DNA from: Nageia nagi
Taxonomy: Eukaryota > Plantae > Pinophyta
Reading direction: 5' to 3'
Assembly: GCA_050084985.1 (NCBI GenBank)
Contig: JBITNC010000001.1
Span: forward strand, 150,350,001-150,414,000
DNA length: 64,000 bases
The notes beneath the pieces were generated by a model, which saw nothing but the letters and a program-made list of their open reading frames with translations, was not told the DNA's origin and made no database searches. Of this stretch, positions 36,301 through 47,616 are shown one piece after another (the stretch's first letter is position 1; each line of letters begins with the position of its first letter). The position numbers were made by a program, and so were the translations under genes.

Positions 36301-36559
36301 AATTCTTTGAAAGAGCCCTCCAGTTCGAACTTGGTTAGTTGATCTTGTAGGCCCTCTATCAATCCAATGTTGGATCTTCGAACATATCATATGACTCTGA
36401 CTTGAATTGTTGCTCAGCATTACAATGACCTCCATATGGATCACACTTCACCTTAACAGCTGTCTCAGGTGTGTAAGATCTGTCTTTAATGAGTTTTCTC
36501 CATATCGTCCACAACAAAGTCCATATTCTCAAGACCATTAGTGTTAACTTCACATGGGT

Positions 36560-36658
36560 GGATGATTTAACTGAACTCTTAAGGCCTGTCCTGATGACAT
36601 ACATTGAATTGTTATAGCATGTCAACATGGAGGCCTTAAGAGTTCAGCTAAATCATCC
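36560..36658. other. 99-nt fold-back (pre-miRNA-like hairpin) in intron 2
   Basis: Arms 36560-36587 and 36631-36658 are complementary at 27 of 28 positions, with further inner pairing TGACAT/ATGTCA. Confidence 0.85.
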
Positions 36659-37415
36659 TTTCCTTAGTGATCTCACTACCTAACTATGTCTTCACCTTAA
36701 GGATGGAATTGCTTAGTTTTCAACAATTAATTGATATGACACCAATAAAGTAACTGCCAAATCATAGCAGATTATCATTAATTGGCATATTGCTGCTTTC
36801 CTTTTAGCTACTGACAAATTCCCTACAAATGAAAGTGAACATTTTACTACCACCGAACATTGGAAGGAGGTTATAGTCAGATGACAAGGACTTCATGCAC
36901 ATTGCCAGGAGAGTCATAATTAGACTAACAACCAACTTTTGTGATATCATTTATGTTAATTTATTTTCCCCAGAGCTATTAGTATCTAAGTCATTCGGTT
37001 GTCTTGTCTTTTACGATTTCAGGTTCTTAATTTTTAATTTCTCGGTGTGCATTTGTTTGCTATATTTCAAATATTATATCATCTGGCATAAGTGATTGTG
37101 GAACCCCAACCAATCGCAATTTTATGTTGGATAAATATAGATAGGTGTCGTTGTCATTGACTCTTTATGATTCCTTACTTCGGTAGTAGATTCTTTAAAC
37201 TCTCTGTTTGTTCTTCTTTAGCTGTTCGTTTTGTTTTCATTATCACTTATGGAACATCCACTGCATGGCATTTTTTGTTACTGGATGTCTAAGGATGAAG
37301 TCTAAGTGACATGAATGCCTTCTCTTTTAAATCTTTTCATGCTTGCATGAAATGTGATAAATTATATGCAATAAGGAGTTTCATAATTTGTAATATTCTG
37401 AGGTTTTCCAAACAG

Positions 37416-37721
37416 GTGCTTGTGTTGCTTTTGCTTACTTCTGCCAGGGATCCTGGTATTGTTCCACGTGCTCCACATCCACCAGAGCCAGAAGAAACAT
37501 TCGAGTCTCAAAATGTACCAGAATATGCTACTGGACAGACTCCACATTTATCATTTCCACGTACCAGAGATGTGATTATCAATGGAACGACAGTAAAAGT
37601 CAAGTATTGTGAAACTTGCATGATTTATCGTCCTCCACGTTGTTCCCATTGCTCCATATGTGATAACTGTGTCGAAAGATTTGATCATCACTGCCCTTGG
37701 GTTGGGCAATGCATTGGACAG
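37416..37721 (+). CDS. PAT8: DHHC protein S-acyltransferase, exon 3 (DHHC cysteine-rich domain)
   Basis: AACAG acceptor, [53 protein letters not shown] donor. 306 nt. Confidence 0.97.
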
Positions 37722-38137
37722 GTATTTCAACTCACCTTCAGATTTGCATTTGCTATGATTCTGGCAATCATTTTTTGCGAGTTTATATTTCATACTCTCT
37801 CCATTTAGATAACAAACTAAAGGTCTGCAAGATTTTATCTGACTGTTGTTCAATAATTTGAGTTACATGTCAATGTAAAATCAATGATTTTATATTTTTT
37901 AGCATACACGAATGATTGATTTTTCAACTATACTCTCGTATGTTACCTCGCTGAAGAAGGGGACATATGATTTCTTTCCAATCAAGAGTCTTAGTATGCA
38001 GGAAGCATGAAATAGGACGACACTTATACATATATTAAAGATAATAGATAAAGTTGTGTACTTGCAATAGCTGCAAAAAATATATTAGAAAAATGTGGAC
38101 AAGATGTATTTTTTTTCTGATATGTACCTCAGTATTG

Positions 38138-38253
38138 TTTGTGTCTTGGGACGTCTACGACCTTGTTTGCGGTGCCATCACACGCTTGCATATGAAAAAA
38201 TTATAGTCTACTCAATGTGTCCAACCAAGGTCCTAGACGCCCCAAGACACAAA
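38138..38253. repeat. Inverted repeat / mini-MITE (32-bp arms)
   Basis: TTTGTGTCTTGGGACGTCTACGACCTTGTTTG versus CAACCAAGGTCCTAGACGCCCCAAGACACAAA, 29 of 32 complementary. Confidence 0.8.
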
Positions 38254-38309
38254 ACCATAGACTGATTATCGTATTGCACTATACACATGGGATCGTGTTG
38301 CTAAATTGT

Positions 38310-41300
38310 TAAACCTTCCCTGCTAGATTAGTGGGAATACTCTGCCGTAGCTTAAAATCATCTCAAAATTATCTCCACCGTAGCTCCAGCCCACAGCTTC
38401 GTGCCCACCTGTACCCTGCGCCCTCGACTCCCTACTTTCGTGGCTTTCTGCAGTTAGCTTCAGTCCTCGCCCGCACAGTCGTGGATTTTGCCAGTCTATC
38501 AGAGCAGATCTAGGTTCTAGGGAAAATAGCTTACGGGTTTCTCTTGTACTCCCTTCCGTAACTGTATTCCACCCTTAGCTCGATTACACTCCATGTCCGG
38601 CTTCTTGCATCTGAGAAAGCCGGATTTGTCTGGCACGTAGCGTTGCCCAATCTGTTCTTATGCGCCACGCCCGTTAGAGTTTTGGATACGCGAATCAACG
38701 TTAGAAACTCGTGCCTCATCATGAAACGCACATTTGAATATCCTTAGTTGGTAATGCCTGTGATTGCAAACAGCGTTTCTCTATAAACTTGAGCGTGCCT
38801 CCCTGCGCTCCTGTGACTCAGTGATCTGAGGTGTCTGAACCGGAAGGAAAGGAAGCAGGTGGAGGGTTTAAAACGGATAGGTAGCTTCATCGTGCGCGCC
38901 CTCAGTCCTTCCCCGCACAGAGCCAACAATCGAATAGTGCCCGGGGCGTTCTACAGTGATCGCATCTTCAGGTAGGAGTGCCTGCGGCTACGTCTGAGGT
39001 AGGTGCCTGTATTGCATCTTCAGCAGAACAATTGACAGACAGAACAGTATAAAGGCAGAACAAGAATAATAGACAAAAAGAAGAATCGACAGGCAGAACA
39101 GCAGACATAGTTACTCCCCTCGCACATTATCAGTCCAGAAACTGCAAACAGAGCTGTGACATACATATAGAATCAGAGAGTCCAGCAAACACAGAACACA
39201 ACAGACAAAACACAGTAGTACTATGGACAGTAAGCAGAGACAGGCATGAATTCACCCAGTCAAGAGCGTCCTACTCTCAAAACACCCGAGTTTAGTAGGC
39301 CAAAAATACCACGATTGAAATACAGTAGATTATGCCACCGCATCACCTAGATCGAACTTACGGGAAATGAGTTTCAAGAACTGGTATCACATCTTTAACA
39401 GCAGCTGAAAGAGAATGAAAGTCTCATATCTCAGTTAAAGGACAGAATGGGCAAACTTGAAATAGCTCAGAGCCTCAGACACTTCCTGCTGCCGGAATTC
39501 CATCCCAACAATTTCAACAGCTCCACGAGGAAGTCTCTGAGATCAAGGTTAAACAATCGGAGATTATTACACAGCAGGAATACATTAAACATGAAACAAC
39601 CCAACAACGGTCTATCCAAAAACAGGTGGAAGAACAAAATTCTGGGGTGCAAGTCGTCAAAGACAAAAAGGCTCGTCCTATTGTGGAACTCGTAGTGAAT
39701 GCTAAATTTGAAGAAGAAAGATTATGTCACACGAAAGAACTTAATCTTCATGTTCATGAGCTGTTTAACTCTATAGATCCTCTACAGGCTGGTCATGACT
39801 TCCTACATGAAACTTTAGATTTGAAGAACATCATAGTTGAGAAGGCATGAACTGCACATTATGTCACCCTTGTCATTTGTTTCTGATCAGCAAGGGATCA
39901 TTTATAGGCCTCAATAGTGAAGAAGAAATTATTCTCTCTCCTTGCCAAGATCTATTTGGATGCCGATCTCACACAACTCCAAGTAGAGGAGCTTCAAAAA
40001 GCTTGATCTATGGTAGCAACAGCCCAGAAACAAACAAATGGGCAATCATCCGTGATTGCAGGGTGGTCACCCCCTTAATAACAATGACGAGATGCCCCAT
40101 CAGTGCTCATATTTACAATGTGAAACTGTAACAACAAGATTTGGTCCTCATTTGGATTAGTCTATGACATCATCCATCACATAGATTTGATACTGCTTAC
40201 CAAGACTCATGAGAGCTCTATTAGAAGCCTCCTCCCTTTCTAGGATACACTTGGATTTCTACTTTTAGGTCTTCAATGTGAACAATATCAACAAGCGGGG
40301 CACAATTAGCATAGCCTTCTTGGTTAATGACAACCTGTTCCTTTGGATTAGAGTGGAAGGCATTGACACCATGCACAATACATCTAGATCTTGGTTGCAA
40401 GGCCCCACCACTTAGGAGAATATACATAGTAGACAACGATATCACATTGTCATACAAGAGTTAGGAGAATCACAGTTTCCTAGATAGAGATCTCTAAATA
40501 TATAGTACGAGGTGAGATTATGTTAGTAGGTGACTTCAATGGTAGGACAAGGAATCTTTAGATACAATATTTTGATGATAGGGTTGACCCTCTTTACCTC
40601 CAAGCTCTAGATTGTATCTTTCGGCTCCAAAGGACTTCTGTGGATACTATGCATCCCTCGGTTTACAAGAGATTCCCCTTTGAGCTTGGTTAGACCCATG
40701 ATCTTATGATCTTGAATGGTATTGTTTGGTTCCCCCACAGTTGACACCACACTTGCTTCCTTGATGTTGGTGGTTCAAGTGTCGTTGACTACATTCTCTC
40801 CATTCCCTCACTTGTCCCCCAACCCTAGTCCTTATTTGTTTCCCCTTGTCTCCCCCTTGCCAATCACACCCACCTAACCATCTCCCTCTTGGGTCAAATG
40901 CCCCCTCCCTACCCCTCACTACACCAATCCTCCCCACCATGCCCTTGTACGATCATCCACTTTGATCAAACTCTCATATAGCAACACCCTGAAACAGAAG
41001 TTGCTTGGTATGCAATCATTCTCTTCCATTGATGCCTAAGTAGTCTTTCTTGCACATTCTCTTTGCTCTGCAGACCTACAAACCTTCCCTCACACCACTA
41101 ACATGCTACCTTACCCTCGACCTTACGAACATTGCCTTATCAAGCAATGGTTTGACAAGGACTATGATTCTTCCTCTCCTTCCACTTGCTCCCGCCACCT
41201 ATCTTACCATCGCCTCTTGAAGACCAAGGAATGTCACTTCTTGGCCTAGAGGAGGTGAGATGTCATCTCATCTCATCCCTCCCCTACAACCTCAAATCTT

Positions 41301-41340
41301 TCTAACACTCCTTCCTACCCAAAAATCACAACCTAAGTCG
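38310..41340 (+). mobile_element. 5' half of a non-L1 LINE (RTE-X/CR1-L2-like): GC-rich 5' region, ORF1 and AP-endonuclease remnants
   Basis: Coiled-coil ORF1 remnant ending KWAIIRDCRVV (~40040-40070). Endonuclease motifs GEIMLVGDFNGRT (~40510-40550), LMILNG and GGSSVVDYI (~40770-40795). Ends before RT. Limits approximate. Confidence 0.7.
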
Positions 41341-43946
41341 TATCACCCTTTAGGATTGGAAAACTTATGCTTCCTGACTCTACATTGATGGTGAGAGTAA
41401 TGATGTGGATGGCAAATATAAATAAATTGGAACTTTGGATCTTGTTCTTGTCCATAGTAGTACACGTAGTACAAAAACTTGGACTCAACAAGGCTAAATT
41501 GCGACTCAAACTAGGCAAAATCTTGGCAAAAAAACAAAAGAAAATACAATTTTTCATTGGGAGAAAGTTTTTTTATGCATACTACAATTAATTAAGCTTA
41601 TAGAAATCCAAAATTAATTTTGTAAGTGATGAAACCTTGAACTACACATGAAAGTGACAAAACACACTTCAATTAAAGAAATTTTAATGCCTCCAAAATT
41701 CAAATATTCTTATATTGTTTATGATATAAAAAGGTACAAAATGTGTCAAGATGCCTCAGTAGGCCTACTATCTAATGTGTTGCAATGCCTTTTGCCTTTT
41801 CCCTAGCTAAAGCTCTAGTTCTCTCTCAGCCCAAGTCTCTTCCTATGCCTTTGTTGTTAACTTCTTTGTCATACTTTCAAAATCATCCATTTAAAAGAGA
41901 GGCTCTTGTTGTTTCTCCTTTAGCTTTGTGATCCATTTAGATGATGGATGAACCAAATCTAAATCAATGGTTTCGTAATTTGTTCCCTCATTTTTTTGTG
42001 TGGTGGAGATGAAGTTTGTAATGAACAAACACAAGATCATTCAACTTTTGTTGTGTGAGTCTATTCTGCTTCTTGGAGTGAATGTGCTCAAATATACTCC
42101 AATTATGCTTTCAACCTGAAGCATTGCATGGTTGACATAAAGCTTTCATGGTGAAGCGTTGAAGATTGGGCGTATATGCGACAGAGCCCCTCCCACCATA
42201 GATTTAGAAAATGCCAAGAAAAAAGAAATAAAATGCTTTATGTAAAATTGTAAATTTAGACTATTTTTGAAAATAAAATCCAAAGACAAATGAGATATTT
42301 TAGTTATTGTTAGCAACTTTGCTATTTGAAATTTGGATTACATATAGTATTGTACCTTGATTGCCTCATGCATAGCCATCCAAAAGGGACCCGCAAAACA
42401 CATGTTGGTACACCTTTTGTCCCTCATTGGAGATTCATTATTTAGCAACATCTTTTACAATCCACCCCACTCACAAACATCCTTTTTCAATGCCCCCTTT
42501 GCATCAAAGAGGCCTTGCAATGTAATGAAGTTTATGGCAAATTGTGTAACACTAGGTCGCACAATCTTCCTCACATTAGTAAATTGCCTCATTAGTTGGA
42601 CGATCCACTTGTGGTCATAAATGAATTTGCTAATACATTTTGCCTTTTGTACAATATCAAACACCCAAGGTAATTTCCTAATGTCTTCAAGAAATATATC
42701 AAGATAATGTTTGCACATGGTGTCTAAAAAATGGTGGGGAATCTCTCCTCCAATATCCCTCTATTTGCTACATTGTTCATGATAAACTTTAATAACATCC
42801 TCCTTCTCTACCTCTAACACAACCTCCTTCAACAACTTGGTAAGCATCTCAACAATCTTAACTTATGTTGATGCATCCACTAACCTGAGGAACACAATTC
42901 CTCTTGTAGAAGCAACCAAAACATTAATCAATGTTTGTTACCTCCCATTGTTCCACCCATCGGACACAATTGTGCAATCCATACCTTGTGCTTCTCTTCA
43001 ACCAAGAGTTGAATATCCTCCAAGAATTCCTGAAGGAGAGGGTCCCTAAAATCATCATAAGTTGGTGGCCTAAATCTTGGGCCACAAACTATGAGGGCAT
43101 CAACCAATTCCCTACCAATACGAAGACCTTGCCATATTGAACGAAATGTCAAAAAATGCCAAAAACTTGCACAATCCTTTCTTGCATCCTTGTGCCTCTC
43201 CTCATTCCATGCAATCATATCCTTAAGTGTGGGTTGTGACATTAGTGTGGAACATTCCATGAAAAAAGACTCCTTCGTCCCACTCTTTAGATTTGCCACA
43301 AATGGACTCAATCCACTTTGGCCTTGCTAAACATGGCTAAAGGTGTTGCCAATAACCTTTGTACAAGGTTGAGGAGGATTAGCCATGACATCACTTGTTC
43401 GTTGTTTTTGTGCTTTCTTCTTACCATAATTCATAGTATATTAATTCGGATTCGGGAAAAATTCGGCTAGAGACCAAATTTTAAAATTAAGAAAATATTC
43501 GGGAAAAGTATGAGAAATTCGGTTAAAATTCAAGCAACAAAAAATGACAAATTCGGGAAAAATTTGTGTTACATTAAAAAACAAAAAAAAACATGCAATT
43601 TCTTTTTAAATTATTTTTCTATAGAATATGCTTATCTAATTATCACACATCATTCCCATATGGGTCATATCATCCAACAACACATTCATAACATAAATTT
43701 AAATAAAATGATTGTGGATCATAATTCACAATATCATATTCATAAACCATAACATCGATATATGAAAACATGTGAAGTAAAAAGTCATCTACAAAGTGTA
43801 TTAGAGTCATAACTCATAAGCCTAATGTCTAATACTGACAACTTAAGTGCCAAAGTGCCAATTGACAACCAGTACAAAAAAATAGTTTCTTAGCTAAATC
43901 ACTAAATAGTAAACACTACTAGTGTCAAATGCCAACTGTCAAGGCA

Positions 43947-46900
43947 TCAATGTGAAGATCTAGCCCTCTTATTAGTTAGAAGACCACCACTACCAGTACC
44001 ATGACCAAGTGCTCCACTAGTAGGTGTAGTAGTAGAGGGTGCTCCACTAGCAGGTGGCATATGAGCATAACGAGTTTGAGGTGCCAATCTGAAAGCACTC
44101 CTGCGTATCTTGGGCCTCAGCCTCGCGTACGAAAGGAGTTGACTTGGACTATCATCCGTAGGCACAGTCTTAGTGTTAGGATCAATTTGCTCCAAAGGTC
44201 CAACACCAAAGTCCACAGGAGGCAGTGGATCATCGAAGTGCACATCAACACCAATTACATCCTCCTCCACCTCCTCTTCCTGATCCAAGTTCATACCCAT
44301 ATCTGCATTTCTATCAATATCCTCCTCCAAGTCAATCCATGTTGCTCGAAACTCTTGGTTCACTAGATCCTTGTGCTCTTCTTGTATGTTGCATGGAGGT
44401 GCATCACTAAATGTCGGATCAATGGTAGACAAGTTTATGGGTTCACGCTTACAGTTATCCTTATTCTCCAATTACTTCACATATAATCGCAAGTTGACAT
44501 AGAAAAATAGAAATAATATTAATGTCCTCGGGTGACCAAAATAGGTCAATGGGACTCGAAAAGTACAATCCAACAAAATGTAGGGAATGTAGGGGTGAGA
44601 AACCCCAGAAACCGAAAAAGCAAAAGCTAGAAGCACTAAAGCTACGCTACATTATATTGAAAAACAAAAAAAAAAGACCAACATCCTCAATCATCACATG
44701 TAGATCCGATCGCTTTAGGTACAGAGGGCCCCGAACTAGAGGGGCTAAGTAAGGCTCATGAGTTTCTCTCAACATCTAAGACCGAAGGAGCACCTGTGGA
44801 GGAGAAAAAGCCAGTGATGTACATTTGTTGTTCGAGCTGAGACTGTCTAGTAGCGGTTCGAGGGGCAAGACGACGTCGTGTCGATCTGAGCTCGTGTGTA
44901 TGTGAAAGAGTACCATCTGGAGGGCATTTCCTATCCGTGAGACTTGAGGTAGGTTGGAAGAAATAACTGATCAACCTGGTGGTTTGAGGGGCCTTCGCAG
45001 ATCTTTGTAGGGATGCTCGCCTGAAAAGAGTAATCTCATGCACACAGAGTGCCAGACATCTCTGGTCAGGGTAGTGAAAGAAGGTGGATATCGAATTGCC
45101 CCCAGATCTCATAGTAGAAGGGACATCTGAAGATCAGGTGCTCCTCGTTCTCTATCTCCTGGAGAGAACAAAGTCGACAAGTCCTATCCATTTGAGGAAT
45201 GTGATGGTCAGTCTCGATACGAAGCTGGTGTGAGCAAACTCGAAGCTAGTTGAGAGGAACCCTCAACCCAAAAGACCACTGGTGTTGGGAGGTAGGTCAG
45301 CATGACAATGAGGCCATCAGTGAGTTGCAGAAAATGCTCGACGTAGAAAGCCAATTTTGGGTTGAGAGGATGCAGGGGAGAGATCCGATGACCTGAATAT
45401 AGCGGCGATAGATATCCTCTCTAATAGATCAATGGAGTGTCACTCTTGAGGGTTGTGGGGTAGCCAGTGTGGGGCTGAAGGATGGGAGCCAATCAATTTA
45501 GAAATGAGAAGTAAGAACTAAGAAGTGTCCATTAAATCTTTAAAGCTGAAATGAATTAAATTGCTAACCTATTGTGTTTCTTGGAGTGAATTTTTTCAAA
45601 GGCACTTCAATGCGCTCACATATTGAAGCACTACATATTTGACTAAGGATGCAGATGGCTAATAGATGCTTCACCTCCAAAATGTGCCCATCACATTTCT
45701 AAAACACAAATCAGACTAGAAAACATAAAATTGATAAAATCTTAATTCTATATGTATAAACTTATAACTATAGTCTATAAAAAGTTAAAACATTATGAAA
45801 CGAGCAATTTGAATTGTTTTCATCTGGAGGGTGCAAAAACCATGACTCTTTAGCAACACCATAACCAAAGAAGCCTAATGAGTTCTTGTAATTCTCAAGG
45901 TCCATCAAGACTTAGGCATGAATGATGGGATCACTCAACATAGTGGATATGCATTTTGTTGCCCTCATATTAGCATCATGATCAATAATGTAATTGGAAC
46001 CTAGTGCAAATAATAAGGAAGGGTTCAAGATGGACCCTGCTACATGGATATCGCGATGGAGCATGTTGTGCCATTGTCGATTAATGAGATCCAAAAAGGC
46101 GAGGTACTTATCACCATACTCATTATCGTTATTTGGGTGGTCCTCATAATATTTCTTGATGGCCTCTTTGGCCTTATCCATTCTCTCATACAAGTAGACC
46201 ATAGTAGGCCTATCTCCATCTACTAAGTGAAGGACTTGTACAATTGGCGCAGTCACTGCACAAATCTCTCTGAGTCTATCCCAAAATACCTGCTTGCCTA
46301 TCAAAGCAACCACCGCCATCCCCTCTGGCCTCTTGCTCATAGGGGAAGCACTCCACTCTCTAGATATAAACATGGCTGGAAGCTCATGCATGCACCTTTG
46401 CAATGCCTAAGGATAGATGAAATGGAAGGCAAACTTTGTGACTTCTGGGTGTGCCAACTCCTTATTGTTGATGAATCCCCTCATCATGCTAAGTATGGTG
46501 GAATTATGATAGATGAACTTGGTGATTGACCTTGCTCCTTCATCGACTTCCTTCACCCAATCCAATTTCCCTATGTCCTCCAAAAGAAGATCAATGCAAT
46601 GGCAAGCACATGGAGTCCATACTATGGAGGGATACCTTTCCATAAGCTTATTTCCTGCTAAAACATAGTTAGTAGCGTTGTCTGTGTCCAATTGGACAAC
46701 ATTGTCTACCCCCACCTCTTGAACAAATTGATCTAATAGGTCACATAGCAAAAAGTGATCCTTTGCGTATGTGGATGCATCAAGAGATTTCATGAATATT
46801 GTGTCCCTATTTGGAATTCACTAGAAAATTAATAAGGGTTCTACCCTTTCTATCTGTCCACCTGTCAGATTGTATGGTGCAACCCATTCTCTTCCAAGAC

Positions 46901-47616
46901 TCTCGAATGTTAGACAATTTGAAAGGTTACAAAACAACTAAATTTTAAAACCCAACTAAAAAACTACAAGTAAAAAAATATTTTTAAAAATATAATAATA
47001 AAATTTCAATATACCTATCCTTGAACTCTTGCTTGAGATCCCGTATAAGAGGCCCTTGCATTTCTGCATGAGTGGGCACCTTGTACCTCGGCCTAACCGC
47101 ACAAGCTACATCGAATGCTGATTGCCAAAAAGGGTTCCTGGTAATGGTGATTGAACATCCTTCATGGTAAATCAGTTTGGCAATCATCAAGTTTGCATGT
47201 TTCTTCTCATTCTTCTTTAAAATAATGGTAATAGATGGTTGGGCTCCAAGAGTTGTTCGTGGCTCAAAGTAAGAAGATATTCTAATCCCACTGGAACTAG
47301 GTCGACTTGCACTTCCACTTGCAACACTTGAAAAGCTTCCAATCCCTACTCCTAGCTGTGCTTGAAATACTTGTTTTCTACTCCTTTTCTTTCCAACAGA
47401 TTCCAAAGCTCTTGCTGCCTTTAGGGCAAGTTTTGGAGATGAATTTGGGCAAGGATTCACATATTTCTTTGGAAGCTTAGAAATATGAGCTTTAAACCTT
47501 GTAACACCTCCAACGAACTCCTTACCACAAAGGTTGCATTCGTTCCTTGTTGAATTGCCTTCAACACCTTGCAATGGTGTTATATACTGCCAGAATCTGT
47601 CCAGCTCCCTTGGCAT
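43947..47616 (-). pseudogene. hAT transposase (BED finger, DUF659, dimerisation domain), disrupted
   Basis: FWQY..CNLCGKEFVGGVTRFKAHI, GCTIQSDRWTDRKGRTLINFLV, WTPCACHCIDLLLEDIG, DGDRPTM, LHRDIHVAGSILNP, ILSQICSAS. Contains frameshifts and a LINE insertion. Confidence 0.9.
44500..45500 (-). mobile_element. 3' fragment of a non-L1 LINE (RTE-X/CR1-L2-like) inserted in the hAT transposase
   Basis: Minus strand reads LRVCSHQLRIETDHHIPQMDRTCRLCSLQEIENEEHLIFRCPFYYEI (C-terminal CCHC of ORF2), then a 3' UTR with a terminal stem-loop and TTTCTA-type tail. Confidence 0.8.

Noticed and set aside
36591-36600. Hammerhead ribozyme core (CTGATGA)
   Set aside because: No correctly spaced GAAA and stems here or at other CTGATGA sites I checked by eye.
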